Virus record (IMG/VR): IMGVR_UViG_3300037400_001617
DNA length: 64,000 bases
Direction: 5' to 3' (one strand)
From: a virus
Lineage: Duplodnaviria > Caudoviricetes
The translations under genes and the position numbers were made by a program. Shown here piece by piece: positions 1 to 7,523 of this stretch (its first letter is position 1; the number at the start of each line of letters is the position of its first letter). The notes under the pieces are model-generated. The model was not told where the DNA came from, did not search any database, and was given only the letters and a program-made list of their open reading frames with translations.

Positions 1-83
1 CTAAGCTTGTTGCCATGGTTATCTCGCTTTACATAGTAAGGTTCTCCAAGACGTGGATTCCTGGGTGGTTTGTTATAGTTCAT
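1..83 (-). CDS. Hypothetical protein, 5' end only (MNYNKPPRNPRLGEPYYVKRDNHGNKL...), runs off the left edge
   Basis: ATG at 83-81 preceded by GAAAGAAGAGGT RBS-like sequence; frame open to window edge; not in ORF track. Confidence 0.6.
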   Translation of the reverse strand, partial: MNYNKPPRNPRLGEPYYVKRDNHGNKL

Positions 84-118
84 TGTGATATACCTCTTCT
101 TTCGGCTAGGATTTCAGT

Positions 119-368
119 AAAAAAAACGAAGAAACGTATTCTCCTCTCTCCTCTCTTTATCTATATCGCGTTCTGCGCGTTGTCGGGCTTCTCCCTCTCT
201 CTCTATCGGTTATCTCATCGGTTATCTCCCCTTTCTCTGAGTGTAAGGGCCTTTGTAACTTGGTCGCTCCTCCTGGAACCAATCGCGCCCTCGCGATTGG
301 CTTGTTTCCACTTGAGCCCTCCCTTCTGATGCTCCGTTCGTCCCGCGTCGGTATCACCATCAGATGTT
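119..368 (-). ncRNA. Candidate structured non-coding RNA, or origin/packaging element
   Basis: Late-promoter match at 369-380 (-); nested inverted repeats including perfect CCAATCGCG/CGCGATTGG (279-300); ends in weak stem plus T8; no credible ORF. Confidence 0.4.
205..228. repeat. Tandem 12-bp direct repeat ATCGGTTATCTC x2
   Basis: Exact copies at 205-216 and 217-228. Confidence 0.9.
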
Positions 369-380
369 TATTTAGGTGTT
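369..380 (-). promoter_or_regulatory. Late-type promoter AACA-CCTAAA-TA
   Basis: Matches the AACA-N6-TA motif found upstream of structural genes. Confidence 0.45.
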
Positions 381-502
381 CCTGCGGTAATATTTTATTA
401 CAACTAGACTTTCTTCTTTCAGTATTGACTTTGTGTTTAAAGATCTTACACTATCTACCAGATATCTTTATCTCTCAACCAAGTGTCAAATGAAGTAATG
501 AT

Positions 503-519
503 TATATACTATATAGGTG
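503..519 (+). promoter_or_regulatory. Early-type promoter TATATACTAT-ATAG-GTG
   Basis: Matches recurrent intergenic TRTATAYYAT-N4-GTG motif; upstream of ORF 595. Confidence 0.65.
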
Positions 520-594
520 TATCAGTAGACTGGTCAGACTACTGGTACTTCATACGTATATCAACTTAGACTAGATTCAAAAGGAGGAATCTAT

Positions 595-1050
595 ATGAAG
601 AAGTCAACTAAATTGATGCAAGATCACAACGACATACCATATCTCAACTTGAGACTCAATCAATTAGAGACTACTGTAGCTTCTTTGATTGAAGAGAATG
701 CTGAGCTTAAAGAAAGAATCGAAAAGCTTGAGCATGAAAAGATGAAGTCTATACAATCACCTATTCCAAAGAAGAATGAAAAAGAAGACGTATGTGTTCA
801 TAACGACTATGTCTCGTATATGTACAATAACGTCTATCCTAGGATAGATCCTTATAATATAGGCACCGATACAGCATTAGAATATAAAAAGTGGGAATCT
901 GGTATGAGCAAACCAGTATTAAACTTTTATAACAACCCTACTCATACTATGTCTTTCGTCTCAGATAGCGGCAATGTGATAAGATACAAATGCAATCTGT
1001 GTGGAAAGTATTTCGAAATAGACAGACGTCTCATGACTTTCAGCAAGTAA
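595..1050 (+). CDS. Hypothetical protein with N-terminal coiled coil and C-terminal CxxC (possible Zn ribbon)
   Basis: AAGGAGG RBS; heptads LNQLETTVASLIEENAELKERIEKLE; YKCNLCGK. Confidence 0.75.
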   Translation: MKKSTKLMQDHNDIPYLNLRLNQLETTVASLIEENAELKERIEKLEHEKMKSIQSPIPKKNEKEDVCVHNDYVSYMYNNVYPRIDPYNIGTDTALEYKKWESGMSKPVLNFYNNPTHTMSFVSDSGNVIRYKCNLCGKYFEIDRRLMTFSK

Positions 1051-1056
1051 GAAAGC

Positions 1057-1080
1057 GGAAGGGTGATCTCTCATCCTTCC
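1057..1080 (+). terminator. Hairpin GGAAGGGTGA-tctc-TCATCCTTCC
   Basis: Inverted repeat just after stop codon. Confidence 0.6.
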
Positions 1081-1083
1081 CTT

Positions 1084-1095
1084 TACATCTAAATA
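1084..1095 (+). promoter_or_regulatory. Late/middle-type promoter variant TACA-TCTAAA-TA
   Basis: WACA-N6-TA between hairpin and RBS of the kinase gene. Confidence 0.5.
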
Positions 1096-1119
1096 TAATA
1101 TCTTAAAGGAGGATCTACT

Positions 1120-2190
1120 ATGATCTATAACTCATTTATCTCCGTCATTGACGGACCCGACGCATCTGGTAAAGGAACTATTCTCAATGAACTTGATAAG
1201 AACCTTTACCATAGAACCCCTGAAGAGCCTAAAAAGCTCATACACATCTTGTCTACAAGACCAGCTACAAGACTGGCAACAGTAGACAAGGATAAGACAA
1301 ATGAGTACGAGAACAACATGTATGAGTACATGGATGCATTCCTTCTCGGAAGACTCTGCAGTACTTCTCTCGCATCAAAAAGTTTCTTATCGGAGACAAT
1401 AAGAAAGCCCAATGTCAAAATATACGACAGAGGACTTTTATCCACATTCTTCTATGCATACGTTCATGATGACGGAGGCTATGACTATGCAAAGAAGATC
1501 AAAGAACTTGACAAACCTACCGTCACTACTTCAAAGTCAAAGAAGACTACAACTACTATAACGCTCCCTGCTACTAGGGAAGAGATAGTCGATAGACTCA
1601 TCGCAAGATACATCAAGTTTGAATCTGTTATAAGAGACAGACTTAAAGTTCTTCTCAACTCATCTGAGGATAAGCAGATTCAGTTCAAGCATAACTGCGA
1701 AGACTACTACAACGATGAAAAGGTTCATATCAACCATAGCGGTATTGATGTGGGTGCTTTACTTGAGGCACTTCATACAGATATCACTATCGCAATATGC
1801 TGCGATGAGGAACTCTCTGACAAAGTTGTTAAGAGAAGACACTCTGTTATGGATGACAGTAACCAGTACGAGCAGATCTTCGAAACAAACGAAGTGTTCA
1901 GAAAGAACGTGAATCTGATATACAGGTTCTTCATGATATGGTGTCTGCCTAAACTTGACTCAATGAACTACGTAAATCCGTTCATCGGTCACATAATCAA
2001 GGTTTACACTTCGCAGATTATCACTATGACTGGTGAGATTAAGTGGAAGAGACCAATAGACACAAACAGAGATATAGTGAACTGGTGGAACTACTATCTG
2101 TCTGCAAACAATTTCACTACACTCGGTTATAAGGGCCATGAGCAGTACACATTCCAGACTTGCTCAACTTGGCCAGAGGAGGTATTATAA
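1120..2190 (+). CDS. Deoxynucleoside monophosphate (thymidylate-type) kinase
   Basis: P-loop IDGPDASGKGT; YDRGLLST (DR motif of the TMP kinase family); adjacent to thyX. Confidence 0.7.
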   Translation: MIYNSFISVIDGPDASGKGTILNELDKNLYHRTPEEPKKLIHILSTRPATRLATVDKDKTNEYENNMYEYMDAFLLGRLCSTSLASKSFLSETIRKPNVKIYDRGLLSTFFYAYVHDDGGYDYAKKIKELDKPTVTTSKSKKTTTTITLPATREEIVDRLIARYIKFESVIRDRLKVLLNSSEDKQIQFKHNCEDYYNDEKVHINHSGIDVGALLEALHTDITIAICCDEELSDKVVKRRHSVMDDSNQYEQIFETNEVFRKNVNLIYRFFMIWCLPKLDSMNYVNPFIGHIIKVYTSQIITMTGEIKWKRPIDTNRDIVNWWNYYLSANNFTTLGYKGHEQYTFQTCSTWPEEVL

Positions 2191-2191
2191 T

Positions 2192-3571
2192 ATGAAAAAG
2201 ACACCTGAAGAAAAAGCAAGACTCAATGCGCTCTACGGAGCGCAGGGTCTTCCCTTTAGTAGCACTGGTGGCTCACTTACAGGAGTAAGTGAGCCTCTTT
2301 ACTACAACGATAGCATTCATATCATATATGATGCTTGTCGTTCCTGTTATGCCATTAAGGATAACAATAAGAGCTACGACGAAATCAAAACATACATCGG
2401 CAAGAGAGTTCAGGCAGGTCATGACTCTATAGTCGAGCACAGCAATATCATCATTGCTGTACATGGTACATCGAATGTATATCGCTCAGATCTTCTGAGA
2501 CTCATGTCGAACAAACGCAATCTTTGTAAGTATATCAAAGTCGCTTCAGATGCAGCTGATCCTAACAGAGAGAGCGATACATTCAACACTATCTTCCAGG
2601 GAAGTATAAGAGGATTCAAGCACCTCATTATCAACTTCCCTTGGAATGAAGAAGAGAACTGTTTTGTGGAGCATATCCGCAGACAGCTTTATCAGTGTAC
2701 TGTAAAAGAGCTCTGGTCTAATGTATCTCCTGATATAATGGACCCCACACAGTTCATTGATAACATTGCTATCAATCAGCTTGATCTCGATCCTGATCTG
2801 GACATCGAAGATGAAGAACAGGTAAAAGAACAAGCTGGAGATATCGATAAGTCATTCACAATGTCTTATGATAAGAACGATAAGTTCAAAATCGTGAATA
2901 TAGACAACGCTGCAGCAGTGCGTTATCTGGTACCTAATGGATTGCTCGATGACGAAGGATTAAGAGAGTGCTGTACAATTACCGTACTCTTCAAAAATAT
3001 GTCGCGTACGGCGACACACCAGCTCGTCAGACATCGCAATGCCATCACTCAGGAAAGCCAGCGTTACGTAAATTACGATAATGCTGGTTTCACAGTTCCT
3101 CCAGTAGCTAAGTATCTTCCTAAGGAGGATATGTTTGAAATAGAACTCGGAGGAGAAAAGAAGAAGTACACTCTCGAATCTCTGGGCAAAGAGATATGCA
3201 ATATCTACGGTCAGCTCAGAAAGCAGGGTATAAGAAAGGAAGATGCTCGTGCATACCTTCCTGGCAATGTGCAGTGTCATGCAATCTATATGACATTCAC
3301 ATTCTCTTCACTTCTGAAGTTCTTTGAACTTCGTTGTGAGCCTCATGCTCAGGCTGAGATAAGAGAGTATGCTTGGGAACTCCTTCACACTCTTCTCAGA
3401 CTTCAGGAGTGTAAGACTAAGCCGTACACAGAAGAGTTCGCAGAAGAACAGGGCATCGATCTCACCAGTCCATTCTGGATTCCTGGACTTAAGGAGTTCT
3501 ATAACTCCGTACTGGTGAAGTATGATGACGATGCTGAAGTCATAGCTACATCAGAGAACTCCGTAGAATGA
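2192..3571 (+). CDS. thyX: FAD-dependent thymidylate synthase ThyX with large internal insertion
   Basis: GHDSIVEH; SRTATHQLVRHRNAITQESQRY; EDARAYLP; LRCEPHAQAEIR; start at ATG 2192 after GAGGAGG. Confidence 0.92.
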   Translation: MKKTPEEKARLNALYGAQGLPFSSTGGSLTGVSEPLYYNDSIHIIYDACRSCYAIKDNNKSYDEIKTYIGKRVQAGHDSIVEHSNIIIAVHGTSNVYRSDLLRLMSNKRNLCKYIKVASDAADPNRESDTFNTIFQGSIRGFKHLIINFPWNEEENCFVEHIRRQLYQCTVKELWSNVSPDIMDPTQFIDNIAINQLDLDPDLDIEDEEQVKEQAGDIDKSFTMSYDKNDKFKIVNIDNAAAVRYLVPNGLLDDEGLRECCTITVLFKNMSRTATHQLVRHRNAITQESQRYVNYDNAGFTVPPVAKYLPKEDMFEIELGGEKKKYTLESLGKEICNIYGQLRKQGIRKEDARAYLPGNVQCHAIYMTFTFSSLLKFFELRCEPHAQAEIREYAWELLHTLLRLQECKTKPYTEEFAEEQGIDLTSPFWIPGLKEFYNSVLVKYDDDAEVIATSENSVE

Positions 3572-3615
3572 CACTTTTTGAAGAATCAGGGGTGCGAACC
3601 ATATTATTATATATG

Positions 3616-3761
3616 GTGATCATCCTGAATTCTTCAATTTTCGACAGTTCTTCAACAGGGCTCTCCGTCTCCTCCGCAGGAGGAGGGAGGAGAAGAAGCA
3701 CTAGAAGATAAAGATACGGAGTTGAATGGCCGTGGGTAACTCCACGGCCACCTTATTTTTT
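3616..3761 (+). ncRNA. Candidate small RNA (~145 nt)
   Basis: AT-rich promoter-like tract 3601-3618; internal stems; closed by strong intrinsic terminator; no ORF with RBS. Confidence 0.45.
3727..3761 (+). terminator. Intrinsic terminator TGGCCGTGG-gtaact-CCACGGCCA + T tract
   Basis: 9-bp perfect stem followed by TTATTTTTT. Confidence 0.85.
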
Positions 3762-3767
3762 GTCGGA

Positions 3768-3779
3768 AACATCACTATA
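3768..3779 (+). promoter_or_regulatory. Late promoter AACA-TCACTA-TA
   Basis: AR9-type AACA-N6-TA, 27 nt before ATG 3807. Confidence 0.75.
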
Positions 3780-3806
3780 ATCTATACAACGTGTAAAGGA
3801 GGACTC

Positions 3807-6800
3807 ATGATGAGAGAAGATACGTATAAAGAAATCCTAGCAAAGAAGTATGCTAGGGAATCTAATTATGTGATTATAACCCCCACGAACAATCTTGAAG
3901 AACTTGAAGAGTTGTGGACTAAGTTCCTTTCCACAATGACTATCAGACAGCAGAGATTATGTGATGATAGATCCATCCAGATCTATGGAATGACAAACCA
4001 GCAGCACTATGAGGCTCTTAAAGCTGAGTTTGTTAAGCATGCCAAAGAAGCTAAGAGAAGAGACTTTGGACCAAACAACCAAGAACTCAGTCTCAAGATA
4101 TTCCCAGATGATAATAGTATCGTTAATGCTAAGAACAACTCTTTCACTACAGATACTGATCCTGACTTTGAAGGTCTTATCTTTGAGGGTTCTGACGGAC
4201 CAAACTTTTCTGGTAGCGGTATATACGTTATACCAGATATAGAAGGCGGCACTGCTAAAGAACAACTTGAAGATCTTGAGAAACACTATGCTAACTACAT
4301 ATCCCTTACAGTACACCAGAGAAAGCTCAGTGATGACGGAGCTAGAATGATGTACGGTCTTTCCAACCAACAGAGGTATGATCAGATTAAGGGTGAACTC
4401 TTGAAGAAGATCGACACTTCAAAAGACAGTGATGTAGTCGGCAAACTTGAACCAGACCTTCAGAGCGATGAAGCTAATATAGTAGATGAAATGTTCCATG
4501 ATCCTAATACTTTTGTAGGACAGCACTTCCTTAAGTCTCTTGAAGAGAGTAAGAAAATTGACAAGTCTGTAAAGAGCAGACTCAACAACACTCCATACTT
4601 CACTCCTACAGAGTTGATAGACATGGGTGTTCATGGTAACGACAACTACTATTCTAAGAAGGCTGACAATGATGGTCTTACTAAAGACATTTCTTCGACT
4701 ACTTGGTTTGATTCTTACAAGAACATGATAGCTCAGCATGTCTATGAAGACTTCACACCCGAATGGATCAATGCTCTTAACAAACTCTACTTAGATTATG
4801 ACGACATCAAAGAGAGTGGTACTGAAGAAGAGTTGCTTGCTAGAAAGCAGAGTATACTTGACCTTGGATGGAACCCTGAAGTTCCTTTCACTCCAGAGAA
4901 CAGAGCTAAAGCTGCTAAGAGAATCAATGACTACATAGACAACTGTGTACCGAAAGATATCTTCATTAATATGGATGATATAGTACCAGATGATCTCCCT
5001 GATGTGGTTGAAGAAGCTGTCTCAAAGAAGACTCATAAGCCTGTCTTCATAATGCTCACTAAGGGAAAGACACCTATCATATCTTCTAGTATACAGAAGG
5101 TTACTAAGAGTGAGTACAGTCATGCTAGTATCTCGTTCGATCCCAATCTCAAGGAACTCTATTCGTACAACTTCCGTAAAGAGAATCTTGGATTCGTTAT
5201 GGAGAAGCTTGAGACTATAAAGGAAGTACCGATTACTGTATGGTGCTTCTTTGCTGAGAGTGAAGTAGTAGAGAACATGAAGAAGAAGGTCTATGACTTT
5301 AAGACTCATGATACTCACTATGACTTCAGAATGCTTCCCAGATTCATCAGAAAGAAAGACGTCAAGCCTGATGATAATGAGTATAATCAGGTATGTAGTA
5401 CCTTTGTAGATACTGTTCTGAAAGCTGGAAGTATCAATCTCGTAAAAGATATCAACATGCCCAGTCCAGCAGACATCTACGATGGCATCAAAACAAGAGC
5501 GAACACTATCTTCAAGGTGTATGATGGACCAGCAGGTCAGTACAATGGTAATAAGATAAAAAAGAAAGTTGACTACCTTCTCAATAAAGATACTACCGAA
5601 GCAGTTAATGAAGCTTGTAAAGACGTCAAGACTGCCAGGAGGTTTGTTAGAGAAGTAGAGAAACTTGCTAAGAGATATGATGCTAACTACTTTATCGTTA
5701 CTGATGGGGCTAGCGGTATTCATAACAACGGTAACCCTGCAGTAAAGAATGCCAGAGATGCTCAAGTGAAATGGGAAAAGGAAAACGGCTATGATCCTGA
5801 TGAGGATTGGAGCAAGAATCCTATCAACGAAGCTATCAATGACATTAAGAACGGAGTCAATCCATATGGTCATAAGACTTTCTACCATATCTCTTTCGAT
5901 GAAGACCTTGATGAAAAGACCCTTGTACCAAGAGTACCAGAGTGGATCAAAGGTATGAAAGAGAAGGATAAGGACTTTGAGAAGAAACTTGAGAAGTTCA
6001 AGACTGAAAACAACCCTGACGGATACGGATACGAAGATCCCAAGACTCCCAGAATCTGCTTCTCTAACTCTATAGAGGGTGCGCTTAATGCCATCATCAA
6101 TCCTAACAAGAGACTTCATCTTGCTGGAAAACAGATATATGTCTTTGTACCAGAGAAACCTATCTCAGAGTACAAGACCAGAAGCAACAAAGTTATCAAG
6201 AAGAATGGCGATGTCTTCGATGCTAACGTGACAAATGAGATGTGGATACTTGAACCTTGTAAAGTGAAGTTCATTGGTTCTATAGTAGTAGACAAGGTTA
6301 CTGCTAAGAGAAGGAAGAAGTTCACCAACAACAAGGAGATGACTGTTATGGAGTATTCATACAAGTGGCGTTGGTATCATAAGATCGCTAAAAAAGAAAG
6401 GTTCCATGAGTCAGTATCAATCTTCAATGAGATGAAGAAGTTTCCTGTGGAGTTTGATAAAGAAGGTAATCTGATTATCTATAAGTGTTCTACAGGCAAC
6501 ATAGACTTCGACGAAGAGATAGACAACAGTGTAACTCTTCTCGAGACCTATAGAAACACCAACAACGAAGAGGGTATGAAGTATGAGCTTGCTAAGATGT
6601 GGTACATCATAGCAGAGCTTGAGAAGAGAATGAAGAAGAGAAATGTTCCTGTAGATGAGTACAACAAACTCGTCAGACAGAGAAGCGTAGCTATGAATGT
6701 GTTTAAGACCAACTTCAAGCACATGAGTAGTCTCGATAAGAACTTCAACTTCGCAGCATACTATAACAGTACACCTTTCTCAGATAACGGTGTTAAGATC

Positions 6801-6854
6801 ACTAACAGCACGTTAAGATACGGACTGGCAGCAATGAAAAGAATCGTTAGATAA
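3807..6854 (+). CDS. Multidomain putative virion/head polyprotein: 2 helical repeats, permuted papain-like NlpC/P60 (YaeF/YiiX-type) domain, ADP-ribosyltransferase-like domain
   Basis: GGAGG RBS before ATG 3807; YSHASISFD...QVCSTFV (His-before-Cys permuted papain); FYHIS...PRICFSNSIEG...TNEMWI; VVEEA/AVNEA/PINEA/RFHES at boundaries. Confidence 0.7.
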   Translation: MMREDTYKEILAKKYARESNYVIITPTNNLEELEELWTKFLSTMTIRQQRLCDDRSIQIYGMTNQQHYEALKAEFVKHAKEAKRRDFGPNNQELSLKIFPDDNSIVNAKNNSFTTDTDPDFEGLIFEGSDGPNFSGSGIYVIPDIEGGTAKEQLEDLEKHYANYISLTVHQRKLSDDGARMMYGLSNQQRYDQIKGELLKKIDTSKDSDVVGKLEPDLQSDEANIVDEMFHDPNTFVGQHFLKSLEESKKIDKSVKSRLNNTPYFTPTELIDMGVHGNDNYYSKKADNDGLTKDISSTTWFDSYKNMIAQHVYEDFTPEWINALNKLYLDYDDIKESGTEEELLARKQSILDLGWNPEVPFTPENRAKAAKRINDYIDNCVPKDIFINMDDIVPDDLPDVVEEAVSKKTHKPVFIMLTKGKTPIISSSIQKVTKSEYSHASISFDPNLKELYSYNFRKENLGFVMEKLETIKEVPITVWCFFAESEVVENMKKKVYDFKTHDTHYDFRMLPRFIRKKDVKPDDNEYNQVCSTFVDTVLKAGSINLVKDINMPSPADIYDGIKTRANTIFKVYDGPAGQYNGNKIKKKVDYLLNKDTTEAVNEACKDVKTARRFVREVEKLAKRYDANYFIVTDGASGIHNNGNPAVKNARDAQVKWEKENGYDPDEDWSKNPINEAINDIKNGVNPYGHKTFYHISFDEDLDEKTLVPRVPEWIKGMKEKDKDFEKKLEKFKTENNPDGYGYEDPKTPRICFSNSIEGALNAIINPNKRLHLAGKQIYVFVPEKPISEYKTRSNKVIKKNGDVFDANVTNEMWILEPCKVKFIGSIVVDKVTAKRRKKFTNNKEMTVMEYSYKWRWYHKIAKKERFHESVSIFNEMKKFPVEFDKEGNLIIYKCSTGNIDFDEEIDNSVTLLETYRNTNNEEGMKYELAKMWYIIAELEKRMKKRNVPVDEYNKLVRQRSVAMNVFKTNFKHMSSLDKNFNFAAYYNSTPFSDNGVKITNSTLRYGLAAMKRIVR

Positions 6855-6855
6855 C

Positions 6856-6888
6856 AAAAAAGAAGGGCGGATGTAAAGTCCGCCCTTC
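6856..6888. terminator. Terminator between convergent genes
   Basis: GAAGGGCGGA/TCCGCCCTTC stem with A tract on the left. Confidence 0.8.
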
Positions 6889-6899
6889 CTTCTGATAGC

Positions 6900-7313
6900 T
6901 TAGCCCTGCCAGCCTAAAAGTCTGGCATTATTGATTATCTCTGCTTCGATTTCTTCTTTACTCATTTTCTGTCCGAATGGGAGAAATGGGAATTCATATT
7001 TCATTATCTTAAGTGTCTGACCGATTGTTTCCTTTACAATCGATGGATTGTAGTGTTTTCCTGAAAGAACAGTGAACAAGTCAGAACAGATGTCCTGTAA
7101 TGATTTAAAGAGCTCGTATGAGAACTCTATCGTGTTTCCTTTAATGATAAAAGCTCTCATTTCTCTAGCTGCTTCCTTGTCCTCATCGTCTGGCATCAGC
7201 CACTCATCAATATCGGGCATAAGGTCGTATGTTGTTGCGATCATTAAAAAGAGTATATAAGCTCTTTTCTCTGTTTCTGTTCTTACTGCTGATGTGATAA
7301 TATTGTTATTCAT
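6900..7313 (-). CDS. Hypothetical early protein
   Basis: GAAAGCGAGG RBS; early-type promoter 7434-7450. Confidence 0.75.
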   Translation of the reverse strand: MNNNIITSAVRTETEKRAYILFLMIATTYDLMPDIDEWLMPDDEDKEAAREMRAFIIKGNTIEFSYELFKSLQDICSDLFTVLSGKHYNPSIVKETIGQTLKIMKYEFPFLPFGQKMSKEEIEAEIINNARLLGWQG

Positions 7314-7433
7314 AATAACCTCGCTTTCATTGTTCCTACTCTAGCGGATCCTTCCTTTCATCTTTAGGATCATAGTCTTTTGCCGAGTAGCAAGCCAAGA
7401 ACGTTAGCACTTTACTAAACTCTTACCTTGACT

Positions 7434-7471
7434 CACTATGATGATATACATTTGAAACCACCTACTTTTAC
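7434..7471 (-). promoter_or_regulatory. Early-type promoter GTAAAAGTAG-N11-TGTATATCAT-CATA-GTG
   Basis: Near-identical copy with the same spacing at 15558-15595. Confidence 0.75.
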
Positions 7472-7476
7472 AAAAC

Positions 7477-7507
7477 AAAAAAGAACGGACCTTAACGGGT
7501 CCGTTCT
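7477..7507 (-). terminator. Intrinsic terminator
   Basis: AGAACGGACC/GGTCCGTTCT stem with T tract on the minus strand. Confidence 0.8.
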
Positions 7508-7523
7508 CTATCTCTTTGTTACA

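Noticed and set aside
15-493. ORFs 15-329(+), 157-360(-) and 260-493(+)
   Set aside because: No RBS; low-complexity translations of CT/GA tracts; better explained as non-coding structure
2460-2980. Possible intein in ThyX
   Set aside because: No intein block A, C-terminal HN/C motif or LAGLIDADG signature
3726-3806. Upstream starts in the ORF track (3726, 2138, 11253, 11948, 13925, 17215, 24994, 48093, 50864)
   Set aside because: They run through terminators, promoters or neighbouring genes; downstream ATGs with clear RBSs were used instead
5022-6119. 365-aa antisense ORF, and similar shadow ORFs (8932-9690, 10667-11275, 38994-39710)
   Set aside because: Opposite well-supported genes, no RBS or motifs; expected from codon bias
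7314-7400. c-di-GMP-I riboswitch (GGCAAA...GAAA)
   Set aside because: Only fragments of the consensus; the required P1/P2 arrangement was not found
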